Assembly (NCBI RefSeq): GCF_963921235.1
Contig: NC_086106.1
Coordinates: 22,134,001-22,198,000 of the forward strand
Direction: 5' to 3'
Origin: Mobula hypostoma
Lineage: Eukaryota
Length of the DNA stretch: 64,000 nucleotides
Shown here: one piece after another, positions 39,871-50,902 of the stretch
Position numbering within the stretch: position 1 is the stretch's first letter
How the letters are laid out: the number at the start of each line of letters is the position of its first letter
Translations under genes and position numbers: made by a program
Notes under the pieces: generated by a model
What the model saw: only the letters and a program-made list of their open reading frames with translations
What the model was told of the DNA's origin: nothing
Databases searched by the model: none

Positions 39871-40955
39871 ATTTCACAATATATTCTACATTTTCGTTTA
39901 GTTTATTTAAGACAACTTTTAAATACTCTTGCCAAGAGTATTTTTCAGATTTTTAATTATTATCTATTTTAAAGTACTGTTGGCACATAAACAAACAAAA
40001 ATCACTATATATACCAATGATATTAAGCTTCTGGCTCAGTGCAATGGGTACAAAAATAGTCTCGTAATGTATGATGAGCTCCTGAGGAGAACATATACAG
40101 ATCTGGGTAGAAAGCTGGAATGTTTGACTTTTATATTTTGTTATCGCCAGGCCGCTCTGCCTGTGCCACACACCAGTAAAGATAATGGAGTTGCAATTTG
40201 GCAATTGACTGATGGCTGACCATACGTCAGAGTGGATGAATGTTGTGAATCTTAATTAATGCGATCTTTTCAGGAGAAGTAATGTCGTTTACGATCGGAA
40301 GGGGTAGCACTTGAACGAGTGGGGATCAATTGTTTTCTTCGGAATAGCAGGCTCTGTCAGTAAATGAACTTTCTGTGTAATCATAGGACAGGGCACTTCT
40401 ACCATCCACAATTCCAATTTCATCTTATTGATTGCAACACGTGCCCTCGAATAAGTTTTGTAGAGGCATTACCCCAGAGGTTCAAATACTTTAAAAAAAA
40501 AATGCACGTTAAAGTGGATCATTTTCTCAAAAAATACATGAACAAGTATGATGCGTTTTGTGTTTAGGACTTACATAAATATCTAATCACATTTATGTAT
40601 ACTGACGCAGAAATTGTGAAATTCTGCAAGGTTCACAAACTCTCCAGCACCACTCTATCTACAATTATATCACACCTTCTTGATTCAGGCTCATTCTTTG
40701 ATTACTATACACCAGAAGTTAATTAGCTATCAGGAGCGACTGAAGCAAATTCCTCCGATAGTAGACCTAAACTTGCTTCAGGTTCCTTTCGGGCGTGTTT
40801 CAGTAGACCAATATACTTAACGTCCGAAAAGTCTATATATATATACAGTTAGCAGAGGAAAATCAGAATTAGCCAATGCAATTCCGCACCAATGGCTGGA
40901 ATCTTGTGGCAAAGAGACCGAAACAAACAGCAGCTGTGCCTCAGACACCTTCTGC

Positions 40956-40994
40956 AGTTATTGTAAGAGTATAGAATCTGTTTCCACCACTGTA
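40956..40994 (-). other. 23-RSS of V2 with a defective heptamer
   Basis: TACAGTG-23 nt-ACAATAACT; the first C of the essential CAC is T. Confidence 0.88.
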
Positions 40995-41296
40995 AGGTAC
41001 AGCACACTAATACGTTGCCAAATCATATAGCCGCATCGCCGGGATAGTCAAGCAATACTCTATTTGCCCTTCCTGGACTACATCAGCAAACCGGCCTTTG
41101 GCAAAATCCGCCTGTTTGTCGTTGCCACCACATGCGTTTCGCCAAGCCATAAACTCGACCTGTCTACCAGGGTTTTGGCGATACCAAAATAAGTAATTAG
41201 CAACACTGCTGTAGCAGCACGTGAAGGTAATGCGTCCGCCCTCAGTCCCTGTGAGTGAGGATTCCCGTTGATTCACTGAAACGCCATCACTCAGAT
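40995..41296 (-). pseudogene. TCR alpha/delta-type V segment (V2) with a single in-frame stop
   Basis: Acceptor ttcctatattccag|AT, then LSDGVSVNQRESSLTGTEGGRITFTCCYSSVANYLFWYRQNPGRQVEFMAWRNACGGNDKQADFAKGRFADVVQEGQIEYCLTIPAMRLYDLATY*CAVP. Canonical Cys, WYRQ and Y-x-C spacing; TAG at 41009-41007. Confidence 0.95.
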
Positions 41297-41744
41297 CTGG
41301 AATATAGGAAGAATTAATATCACATATTCAAAATCAATTGGCTGCACGCGGCGAGGTTGTTTACATTTAATAAAATAAACTTTATAGGGAATTGTATAGT
41401 ACGTTATGTGCCTAATGAAACTTCCACGATACCTCTTCACTTCAAACTTATATCACTCAGGTCCTTGTTTTCATTATATTCTTGTAAATTTCATCCTGTA
41501 CTTCAGATGGTGCAGCATATGCATGTGTACCATTATTAGCTGACGAAATGTCAACTGTCAGCTCTCAACTGTCAATTAGAAATCAACATAAATCTGATGA
41601 TTTTGTTGATCTGATGTCAGCAATACAGATATAGATAGTCTTTCGAAGTCTGTCCTTTTTTTAGTATAAAGTGAAAATCGACTCTATCTTCTATTTTCTC
41701 CTGAAGAAATATACAAAGCGAAGCCCCCAAGCTGATGGTTAAAA

Positions 41745-42215
41745 TCTCAAGCATTCAGTTTATAAACGCAAACAACAGGAATTCTGCAGATGCTGGAAAT
41801 TCAAGCCACACACATCAAAGTTGCTGGTGAACGCAGCAGTCGGGGTAGCATCTCTCGGAAGAGCTGCAGTCGACGTTTCAGGCCGAGACCCTTCCTGACC
41901 AATAAAGGAATCCAGTATACAGGAGCACACAACAGGAGTACAGGAGATAGTGACTTAATATACCCACTCGTGAAGTGTCGCCTTACCTGGAGGGACTGTT
42001 TGGGGCACTGAAGAATAGTAAGGGACGAAGTGTAGGTGCAGGTGTAGTACTTGTTCCCCCTGTGCCGATAAATGATAGGAGCGAGGCCAGTAGGGAGGGA
42101 CTAATGCGCAAGTGAATTACGCAGGGAGTGATTCCTATGGAAAGCAGTAAGCGTGGACGGGTTTGAGATGTGCTTGATGGTGAGCTCTGGTTGGAGATGA
42201 CATAAGTTGCGGAGA
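41745..42215 (-). mobile_element. Penelope-type terminal repeat (41745-41900) followed by a decayed Penelope fragment, in the V2 intron
   Basis: Same repeat as at 25245; the fragment is paralogous to 2155-2450. Confidence 0.65.
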
Positions 42216-42724
42216 ACAGAAAACGAGCTATTATAATATAAGCAGAGCAGCACGATGCATAGAAGTGATGGATGAATGTGATACATAGAACGTATCTGAG
42301 ATACTAGCAAGTAAGCGTCGTAGAATATAGTCAAACAAAGGAAAAACTTTTGGCAGAATTTACTTCAAGGCTTAAGAAATACTACAAAACGGAGCTCATT
42401 ACTACAACATTATTTGAAGGACCTAAACACGTCCGGTATACCTATAATTACGTATTCTTTGGCATAATATCTTGATCAAAAAGCAAATTATAAAACTAAG
42501 AAAGGAAAATAAAATAAAACTGACATTGGATACTTGAGAAAACATTATGTGCGCTCTAACGCACTAAGATTAACACGATAAAGGGCGGAAGGAAGAAGTG
42601 GAACAGCAGATGCTATAATTCTAAGCTGGAGTCACATAAAACTTCTTAGTGCATGTTTTATTATGGAAAACAGGATTTAGCGCACCATACGAGAGAATGA
42701 AATTCTGCTAAGAGGACACAACAC

Positions 42725-42774
42725 TAAATTCAACTGACAGATTAAACATTCAAAGATGAAAAAAAAAATACCAT
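42725..42774 (-). pseudogene. Candidate V2 leader exon, frameshifted by a T-homopolymer
   Basis: Paralog of 2964-3009 (..TTT AAT CTG TCA GTT GAA TTT A|GT) but 50 nt long because of a T10 run. Confidence 0.4.
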
Positions 42775-42999
42775 CCATCTGATAAGAATGATCCTCCAAG
42801 AACGACGCCACCCTGGTCAGAACCGGCTGGATGTCGATAAGAAAGCGTCAAACCCCAGGTCCAAAGTTGAAGATCTCTTCTCACAAAAAGAGGGCTTCCT
42901 TGTGGCAATAGTCGACCAGTTGCTTACCACACACACTCATATATATGTGGAATGTGGAAACTGCCAAAGGAAAGAAAAAAAAAAGCAACACTTTAGGAA

Positions 43000-43370
43000 C
43001 ATAGAAATGCAGAAAAAGCAGCAGTACAATTCTGGCCCTTCTGCCCACAAAGCTGTGCCGAACATGTCCTTACCTGAGAAATTACCTGGGGTTACTGATA
43101 GACGTCTATTTTTCCGAGCTCCAAATACCTGTCCAGGAGTCTCTTGAATGACCCTGTCGTATCCGCCTCCACCACCTTCACCGGCAGTCCCTTCCACGCA
43201 CTCACCACTATTTGGGTAATAAACGTACCGCTGATATCTCCTCTGTACTTACATCCAAGCACCTTAAAACTGTGCCCTTTCGCGCAGCCATTTCGGCTGC
43301 GGGGAAAAAAAAGAAAAGAAAAAAATCCTCTGTCTATCCACACGATAAATACCTGTCATCATCTTATACA
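43000..43370 (-). mobile_element. CR1 3' end, shared with the paralogous position at about 3230-3600
   Basis: aggaacatagaa..ggcccttctgcccacaaagctgtgccgaacatgtccttacctgagaaatt appears at both loci. Confidence 0.85.
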
Positions 43371-43619
43371 CCTCTCCCGGCCTTCCCCAGCGAGACGATA
43401 GTCCGGCCTCCGAAATGTGGAACAACGCAATAATGCTGTATCGTACAAGGAGTTAGCTAGAAGTACATCCATGTACAGCAGGGAAGCTAGAAGACAATGG
43501 CTGCTTCGAACATTTAGCTGAAAAACACTGTGAATGACGAAGTATTTACCCGATCGTTGTATATCGGCCACCAGTAAGTTGTCGCTCAAACCAGTAAGTA
43601 GCGACATGTGAAACCAGAA

Positions 43620-44200
43620 GGGACTCACTGAACGTAGAACAGGCCAATTACAGTATGTTTGTGTGCATGTGTGTATGTGTGTTTTTGTGTTAAATACAAA
43701 AAAAATGTACGATGTAGTTTATGAGGTGTCAATATATATTCAGATATCTGATGGCAGATGGACAGAGGGAAAAAGCTGTTCCTGAGTTGTTGGGTGTATG
43801 ACTTTAGGTCCCTGTACATCCACTTAATAGTACAATGAGAAAAGGGCGTGAACTGGATGATGAGGAGGCTCTTTCCCATGTAAGATTTGACATTCTGAAG
43901 CCGATGTATTTCCAGTGCAGCGCTCCCATAACAGACGGTGATGCAGCCAGGATGAATGTTCTTTAATGTACAACCGTAGATAGTTCTGACTGTGCTTTGT
44001 GCATTACTATATCTCCTCAAGCTTTTAATGAAAACCAGATATCATATCTTCTCGGTAAACGTATGGTATTGTTGGTTCCATTATAGACAATCAGATATAT
44101 TGACACCAACAACTTAAAATCGTTCACTCATTGCAATTCTGATCCCTCTATGTGGGCTGCTGTGTGTTCTTTAGTCTTAGCGTTTCTGAAATCCACAATG
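43620..44200 (-). mobile_element. Rex/Babar-type LINE 3' fragment
   Basis: HPGCITVCYGS..RLQNV..LKSYTQQLRNSFFP. Confidence 0.65.
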
Positions 44201-45824
44201 AAATATTTTGTATTCCGACACTGAACGCAAATTTGTTGTTGTGACAGCATCAGTTATTGTTGTAACTCGATTGTGTTTTATATAAACTGGCTGGTTTAAA
44301 GCTCTAGACGAAATAACAGCCATGGAGACTCCAGGTGTTGCATATTTCAGTAGCGAATACAGTTTCTGACTGGATTGGTCCATTTAAATTCAGTAAAAGA
44401 TTTTTTTTTTACGTTGCACTTTAGCAATGGAAATACCTTAGAGAATGAAATTATTCTTTTAGTACCGTTCGTTTTGATGAAACGTTGAGATCTACAAGAT
44501 GGAAAGTTAGTGACAACTGTTTTTTTTTGTATACCCGTTCACTTCAAGGACGTTGTTATGTCAATATTTAGCCTGCACTACATGTGCTATGCACTATCGT
44601 CTTCCACGCCCTTTTCTTTACTCCTCTTCTTCGTCCACAACTCTTTAAGAGTGAGGAGCAGAGATTGCCCTGTTCAAGTTATCTTTGCTCCTCTTTTCTT
44701 TGTCCTGATTCGGCGGTCCAAAGAGCAGCTGGAGCAACACACAGAGCAGCCATTTTTGGCATGTTCTGCTGGTGAGGGTGGGGGTGTCAGCCTTTGGTTC
44801 CGATGAGGCTGCCGTTCAGAAGAGGTGGTGGCTTTCCGTAAACTGTCCCGGAATTGTTTGTTGTTTTCCATTATTGTCACTGTGTAAGTGGAACTTAGTG
44901 TAGTTTAAATGGCCGTTGTGTGTTCGTCATGTCCGATGCAGGAGACCTTGGAAATACACAAGCTACCAGGAAACTGCAACTACACGAACTGCATCTATCT
45001 GCATATCGATATCAAGGATCTGGAGCAGTAACTGGCTAAAACGTGAAAATCCGTAGTTTATCGATCAGAGTTATAGAGAAGTAATATCTCGTACGTTGCA
45101 TGAAGTGGGTAGCACCGGACTGCCAGCAGAAGGGACGGAAAACAGAATAGAGTGTGTCGAGCGCGCCTTTGGCTATTCTGCTCAATAATGCATATACAAT
45201 TCTGGATTCCGTAGCGGGCAATGGCCACTTAGGGAAATCTCGTGGCGTACAGGCTACTGGCATTGAACACGAAATCTGTCGCAGAAGGGAAGGAGGGTGT
45301 CAGAGGACTTTTATTGATAGCGCAGTAGTTAAAGGAACAGACAGGTGCTTCCGTGTCTTAAACGCTACACCTGGATGGTATGCTGCCTTCCACGTGTCAG
45401 GGGCAGGGAAGTCTCCGATCTTGTCCACGACAAGAGCAACTACATGTATTTGCATATATTGGCATCAATTGCATAGGAACTAAAAGCATAGAGGTCCTGA
45501 AGAGAGAATTTACAAATCCAGGCTGAGAAGCAATCCTCCAAGGTTGTAATTTCTGGATGGCTAGATACACAGCGCGTCATTGAAGGTAGAAACTGAATTG
45601 ATTTGGTAGATATATGGACGGCTGTGAAGCTGGTGATGGAGGCATAGTTTTGGATCAATAGGGTTTCTTCTGTGGGATGTATGGCCAGTGCAAAAGTGAG
45701 GAATTTTACCTGAATGCGATGGGAACATTCTCTTGGGCAACTTCATTAAGGCTACCGGAGAAGGTTTAAACTAACTTGTCAAGGTCGGGAACCAGACAGA
45801 GGTGACTCAGGAACGGACGATGGT

Positions 45825-45825
45825 C

Positions 45826-45870
<45 letters not shown>

Positions 45871-45872
45871 AA

Positions 45873-45910
<38 letters not shown>

Positions 45911-45925
45911 GCAACGACAACAACA
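45825..45925. repeat. (CAA)n/(CGACAA)n microsatellite
   Basis: Seen directly. Confidence 0.97.
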
Positions 45926-46933
45926 AAGCTAGCATGCAGTTTGACTATCAGGAAGGACAGGCGGATGATAGGACAAAATTGTAACCAGCAGGGTTACAAA
46001 AAAATGAATAAGGGATGAGGGATCAAAAAGTGTCGGAAATAAAGTACTCAAAGTGTTATATCTCAATGCACGAATTGTAAGAAATAAGGTGGATTCTCTT
46101 GATAACATTTACAGATCGACGGGTATGACGTTATGGTAATCACTAAACCGTAGTTGAAAGATTGCTGTAGTTGACAGCTGAATGTGCAAAGTTACACATT
46201 GTATTTGAGAGATAGGCAGATAGGTTCATGGCCTGGCGTGGCTCTGCTGCTAGGGAATGACAAAAAATTACTAGAAAATTGTTGTATTCGATTGAAATTG
46301 TTGAAGCTTTTTTGGTTCAGTTAAGAAACTGCAAGGGTAAGATGACCCTGATGATTGTTATATACACCCTTACAAAAAGTAGCTGTGATATGGCGTATAC
46401 ATTGCAATGGAAATAGAAAACTTGTGCCATAAGCGCAATGGTAAGATAATAATGGGTGATGTTTACATGCAGGTGACTTGGAAACATCCGGTTGATATTC
46501 GACGTCAAAAGATGAATTTGTTCAAAGCCGACTAGATGTTTTTTTAGAAAAGCTTCTCGTTGAGCCTACGAGGGAATCGGCGAAACTGGTTTGGGTGCTA
46601 TCTAAAAAAAAGCGGAGGCGATAAAGCAGATTAATTTAAAGGAAGCCAAAGGAGTCAATGATAATAATATGATTGCATTCATTGGAAGGAGGCAAGGGTC
46701 TCTAAACGGCCCGCCTCAAGAACCACGAAAAATCGGCACCCTGAAGGCGCGCTACTCTTTTTGGCCGCATCCTTGGGATACTGAAAAGCCGCCGGTCTTG
46801 AACCCCTGAGAGAGGTTCCCATTTCTACAAAGAACCGAGTTTAGTATGTTACTGTAGGTTAGGGTCTTCGAAAGAACCCCGGAAAGAGAGAGGGACAGAG
46901 CGAGAGAGAGGGGGACGGAAAGAGAGAGGGGGG

Positions 46934-46936
<3 letters not shown>

Positions 46937-47010
<74 letters not shown>
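46937..47010. repeat. (GA)n microsatellite
   Basis: Seen directly. Confidence 0.98.
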
Positions 47011-47016
<6 letters not shown>

Positions 47017-47779
47017 TAGTGCAACTGAAACAGCAATTAGGAACGAAAAGATGAAATATGAAGAAAGCTTGCAAACTATATCCAGGTCTACAACAATAGC
47101 ATTTTTCAAGCCTAAAATATTGAAAAGGAAATGACAGTCGTTCTAGCATGCTTGGTAATGCGGCAGAAGAAATAATTTCTTCAAAGAGAAGAAATAACTG
47201 AGACAAATTGATGAAATGTGCATTGAATAAGCATTTACACATCGGTCATCAATGCGGAAGAGTCCAGCAGAATGTACGTTTTGATGGATATGAGGGAAGA
47301 GAAGTGAGTGCAGTTACTAAGACAAGGGAGAGTGTGCTCAAACTGCTGAAAGACTTCAACGTCCAGTCGTAAAACTGACTAGATGAAATGCACACTATGG
47401 TTCCAGCAGAGCTAGTGTAAGAGACTTCAAAGACATTGGTAATAATCTTTCAGGAATTATCTGACTATGGAAGGGTTCCGGAGGACTGCAATCTTGCATT
47501 TGCCACTCGACTCTCTAAGGAAGGAGAGAGGCAGCAGTTAGAAGTTTATAAACCAACTAGCCTGAACTTAGTGGTTGGGATGATATTGTAATTAATTGTT
47601 AGTGATGAGATTCAGGGGTAGTTATTAACACAGTCTGGACAGGGGAAATTTAGCATGGTTTCTTCCTTTGAAGAGATTACAAATACGATTGATAAACGGC
47701 CTGACGTTGTGCCGCAAAAGATGGTGCTTCCTAAGTTAAGAGTCTACGGTATTACAAGGAATATACGAGATTTGATTGA

Positions 47780-47990
47780 TATGTCCGTTGCCTAAGGTAG
47801 AAGGAGTCAATTTTAGAAAACCTAGATACGTTTATTTTTTCCGACACTTACATACTTAGTTCAGGGGCCGTGGATCAGGCGGATCCCTTCTTTGTAGAAA
47901 TCGGTGTCTTGGAACTCCAGAAGTGGTCTACAGCAGGGGTGGTTGATAAGTTCGTAGCTTAAGGTAGAAGGAGATGAGTTATTAAATACA
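47780..47990. mobile_element. Mariner-like non-autonomous DNA transposon fragment
   Basis: Duplicated terminal motif cctaaggtagaaggag (about 47790 and 47960) with ggggtggttgataagttcgt. Confidence 0.5.
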
Positions 47991-48627
47991 AACTTTCAGC
48001 ATTTTCAGTCATACAGACCTGTATGTCTCACTGACAAGTTTGAGGTGCTGAAAAACAGAGACAGAAGGGTGATTTCCATCGCGGTGGTGGCGGGGGGTAG
48101 TAGTCCTGGGCAAGAGGGACGGTCATTTAATACAGAGATGCAGAGAAATTTATTTCCCAATAACGAAGTGATTTTGTGAAATTTGACGTCACATCCAGCG
48201 GTGGAGGCCAGGTTGTGTGGTGCATTCAAAGAGGGGATTGATAGGTTATTTTTGAGACAAGGCATAAAAGGTAACAGGGAGAACATCGAAGAGTGTGGCT
48301 GAGAGGGGTGGGATGCCGGAGCGGGGTCGATGGACCAAATGCCAAAAGTTCTCTCCTATGTCGTAAGTTCTTAGTAACTTTGTATGCGATGCGTGCTTTC
48401 ATGTTTCTCGAGTTATATTGATGGGAATTGGAAGTGCCTGTTGCGTATTATTTGTCTAATAACACAATCCCACGGAACAGCAATACTATATTTATTTTTA
48501 CCTATCCGTCTTGAAGTTACGTATTTACTTTATAATATCGATATGTATAGTTTGGATTCTATATTATGCAGTGGTGGAAGACTTAATTGAAAGAGATATA
48601 GAGCTAACCCTAAAAAAATGATATATA

Positions 48628-48635
48628 TGTGTGCC

Positions 48636-48667
<32 letters not shown>

Positions 48668-48683
48668 TGTGTGTGTGTGTGTG
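48628..48683. repeat. (TG)n microsatellite
   Basis: Seen directly. Confidence 0.97.
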
Positions 48684-49439
48684 TACACATATTAACCAAT
48701 TAATTTATCATTTCCCAGAAATGTAAATTTAATATAGATGCTTCAAGATTTACAAAGAATTAGATTGATTTTGTCCAGCTGGTGTGTAGGTGTTTTCTGT
48801 GTTACAGGTTCGACTGCAGGTTCAAGGCATTAGCAAAGGCACCCTGTCTGAGAGGTATTTAATCTCTCCCACAGCCCTGTATTGGGTGGCATTACTGAAA
48901 GCAATAAACGCCATTTATTTGATGATTATGCACTCTATCTATTATACACGACGTTTGTCCATTTGTTCCTGTAATCCTCAACAACGACTCTATCCTCGTC
49001 GTTCGTTACGATATCATCCACAGAAGAGTTGGCTTCATTCACACAAAAGTGCTTGTTATTTCGTTATACCCATAATTCCGTTGGTGGTATTCCTGCAATA
49101 CAACAAATAAAACAGTAAGCCCACAAATAATATTATCCCTGTTGTATTCATTGTTTGACAATATGCATAAAATTCCAACTGTTTAGGTAACAGAACGGGC
49201 AACACTTTGCTCAGTTAACTTTTTTTTTTATTTGGACAGTGGAGAATTTCTCGCTTAGGTTGAATCCGAAACAAACTAAGTAGGCAGTCATGAGCATGTA
49301 TATGTGACTGTTCAGAATCCTGTTGAATCAGATTAATTGTATCATCTTTCGTACAATAGCTGTGTTACGGCGTTAACAGATGTACGGCCGTTTGAAACAG
49401 ACCACAACAGACAACAACTGTTTCCAAGAAATACGTGGT

Positions 49440-49478
49440 TGTTATTGTACGAGGCATCAGCTCTATCTCAGCATTGTG
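49440..49478 (-). other. 23-RSS of V3
   Basis: CACAATG-ctgagatagagctgatgcctcgt (23 nt)-ACAATAACA. Confidence 0.9.
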
Positions 49479-49791
49479 ATAATCGTGGACCGCTCTGCAC
49501 AATAATATGTAGCTGTGTTAGGCAGCCAGATACCTCGGATAGTTAGTTGGAATTCCTTGAATGAATCTTCGACTGTTTCAAGGAAAGGGTCTTCGGCGAA
49601 GTGGGCCTTGATTGAAGTTTTGTCCTTTATGCCTCCCCCGACGGCAAATTCCGGCTGTCGACCTGGGTATTGGCGGTACCAAGACAAGTAATAGGCACTC
49701 TTGGTGTACGTGCAGGTCAAAGTAACGACGTCCCACTTTTTCCGTGTGAGGGATGATTCCCGGTGTTTTATGCCATTGGGGTCAGCCAAGC
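49479..49791 (-). CDS. TCR alpha/delta-type V exon (V3), open reading frame
   Basis: Acceptor ttttctcctttcgttaagcag|GC (phase 1), then LADPNGIKHRESSLTRKKWDVVTLTCTYTKSAYYLSWYRQYPGRQPEFAVGGGIKDKTSIKAHFAEDPFLETVEDSFKEFQLTIRGIWLPNTATYYCAERSTI. Both Cys, WYRQ and YYC are intact, and an RSS follows. Confidence 0.95.
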
Positions 49792-50437
49792 CTGCTTAAC
49801 GAAAGGAGAAAATATAGCCCAACTGTTAATCCGAACGCAATATTCGAGATCGCTTTCAAAAAAATTTATAAACATAACGTAATTTCAAGGACAGGTTAGG
49901 GCTGAGCCTAATGAATCCAAAAAAAAAAAAGGCCTGCGTATCCCACACCAGCTTCTGCTGCGCTTTTTCACTTCGTTCCATCAGGTTGTCCCTATTACTT
50001 TGTCCTTCAGGCACATAGCACGGTTGCATGGACTATTGCAATTCACCCTAATTACGCTGTGATATACTCAAGTAGCACAACGAATAAAATTAACTTATTA
50101 TATTCCAAATCCATCCCCCATTGCAGAGAAATAGGACCAGGATTCCCTCCACATTTACTCTCCTAAAACTCAGACTATCTGAAACGAATACGCGGACTGA
50201 CCCTTCCGACGAAAATTACGCTACCTTGTAGAATAAATACCAGTGTGCAGATACCGCAATTTTATAGTTTTGCCATATTGTTCACTTTCCGTTTTACCTC
50301 TAAAATGCCGAACCCCTTCATTACCTGCACCCAAGTTAGACACTGTCATGGACTTTGGAAAACTGAACAACACCTCTTCTAATTTGATTCATATTCTTGT
50401 CGAAACTACACCACTCGAAATATTTGAAACTTCGTAC

Positions 50438-50483
50438 CGAAACTGAATGTCAGGTGGAACCCAATGAGCGTAAGCAGATCCAT
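50438..50483 (-). CDS. Leader exon of V3
   Basis: ATG GAT CTG CTT ACG CTC ATT GGG TTC CAC CTG ACA TTC AGT TTC G|GTACGA = MDLLTLIGFHLTFSF(G), phase 1, in frame with the V exon across a 646-nt intron. An alternative in-frame ATG lies at 50501. Confidence 0.82.
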
Positions 50484-50542
50484 TTCGACTGCTCTCGCCA
50501 TTCGGTCTAATATCTATCACGGAGCAGAGATGGGTAAGATTA

Positions 50543-50550
50543 TGACATCA
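50543..50550. promoter_or_regulatory. CRE/decamer-like element of the V3 promoter
   Basis: Minus strand TGTGATGTCA, one mismatch from the TCR V-beta decamer AGTGAYRTCA, about 40 nt upstream of the first ATG. A second TGACATCA lies at 50762-50769. Confidence 0.55.
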
Positions 50551-50902
50551 CAGAACACTCTAGCTGGGTTTAACATCGTTACGTCCTGTGCAAAACCAAT
50601 CAGAAAGAGTCACAAATACATGATCTACAGGAAATCTGCTAGAAGAGCACAGCTGCCCAGGCAGCAGCCAAGGCAACATTGCGTCTTCTTTACATTGTGA
50701 GGGTGATTATATTTCTCATTTTGGTCTGTGTTGGAACTGTTAAAGTCTTGGAGCAATTTTCTGACATCAACAGTTATTTAGGAAGTAAAATGTAGGGGCA
50801 AAGAAACGCAATCGATGCAAATCGTCCAGAAATTCATTTTTAGTCTACAAATGCTAGTCTTCACATCAAATATTCAAAGGTTTATTTGATCTGTGGGAAT
50901 GT

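Larger units (their letters stand above)
45150..47760 (+). mobile_element. Old CR1 (ORF1 esterase-like remnant, endonuclease, start of RT) with microsatellite and repeat insertions
   Basis: IDSAVVKGTDRCF resembles GDSIVRGTDRRF; CYISMHEL and IIMGDVYMQVTW remnants. Confidence 0.7.

Noticed and set aside
44177-44383. ORF with NRVTTITD..NLRSVSEYKIFHC resembling a V framework 3, plus ACAATAACT
   Set aside because: No Trp motif, and the nonamer lies inside the ORF with no correctly spaced heptamer.
44856-44884. Perfect heptamer CACAGTG (minus) with an ACAACAAAC nonamer-like sequence and TAI..-like codons before it
   Set aside because: The spacer is 13 nt; there is no upstream WY or first Cys and no matching 5' RSS for a D segment; the context looks repeat-derived. 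At most a cryptic RSS.
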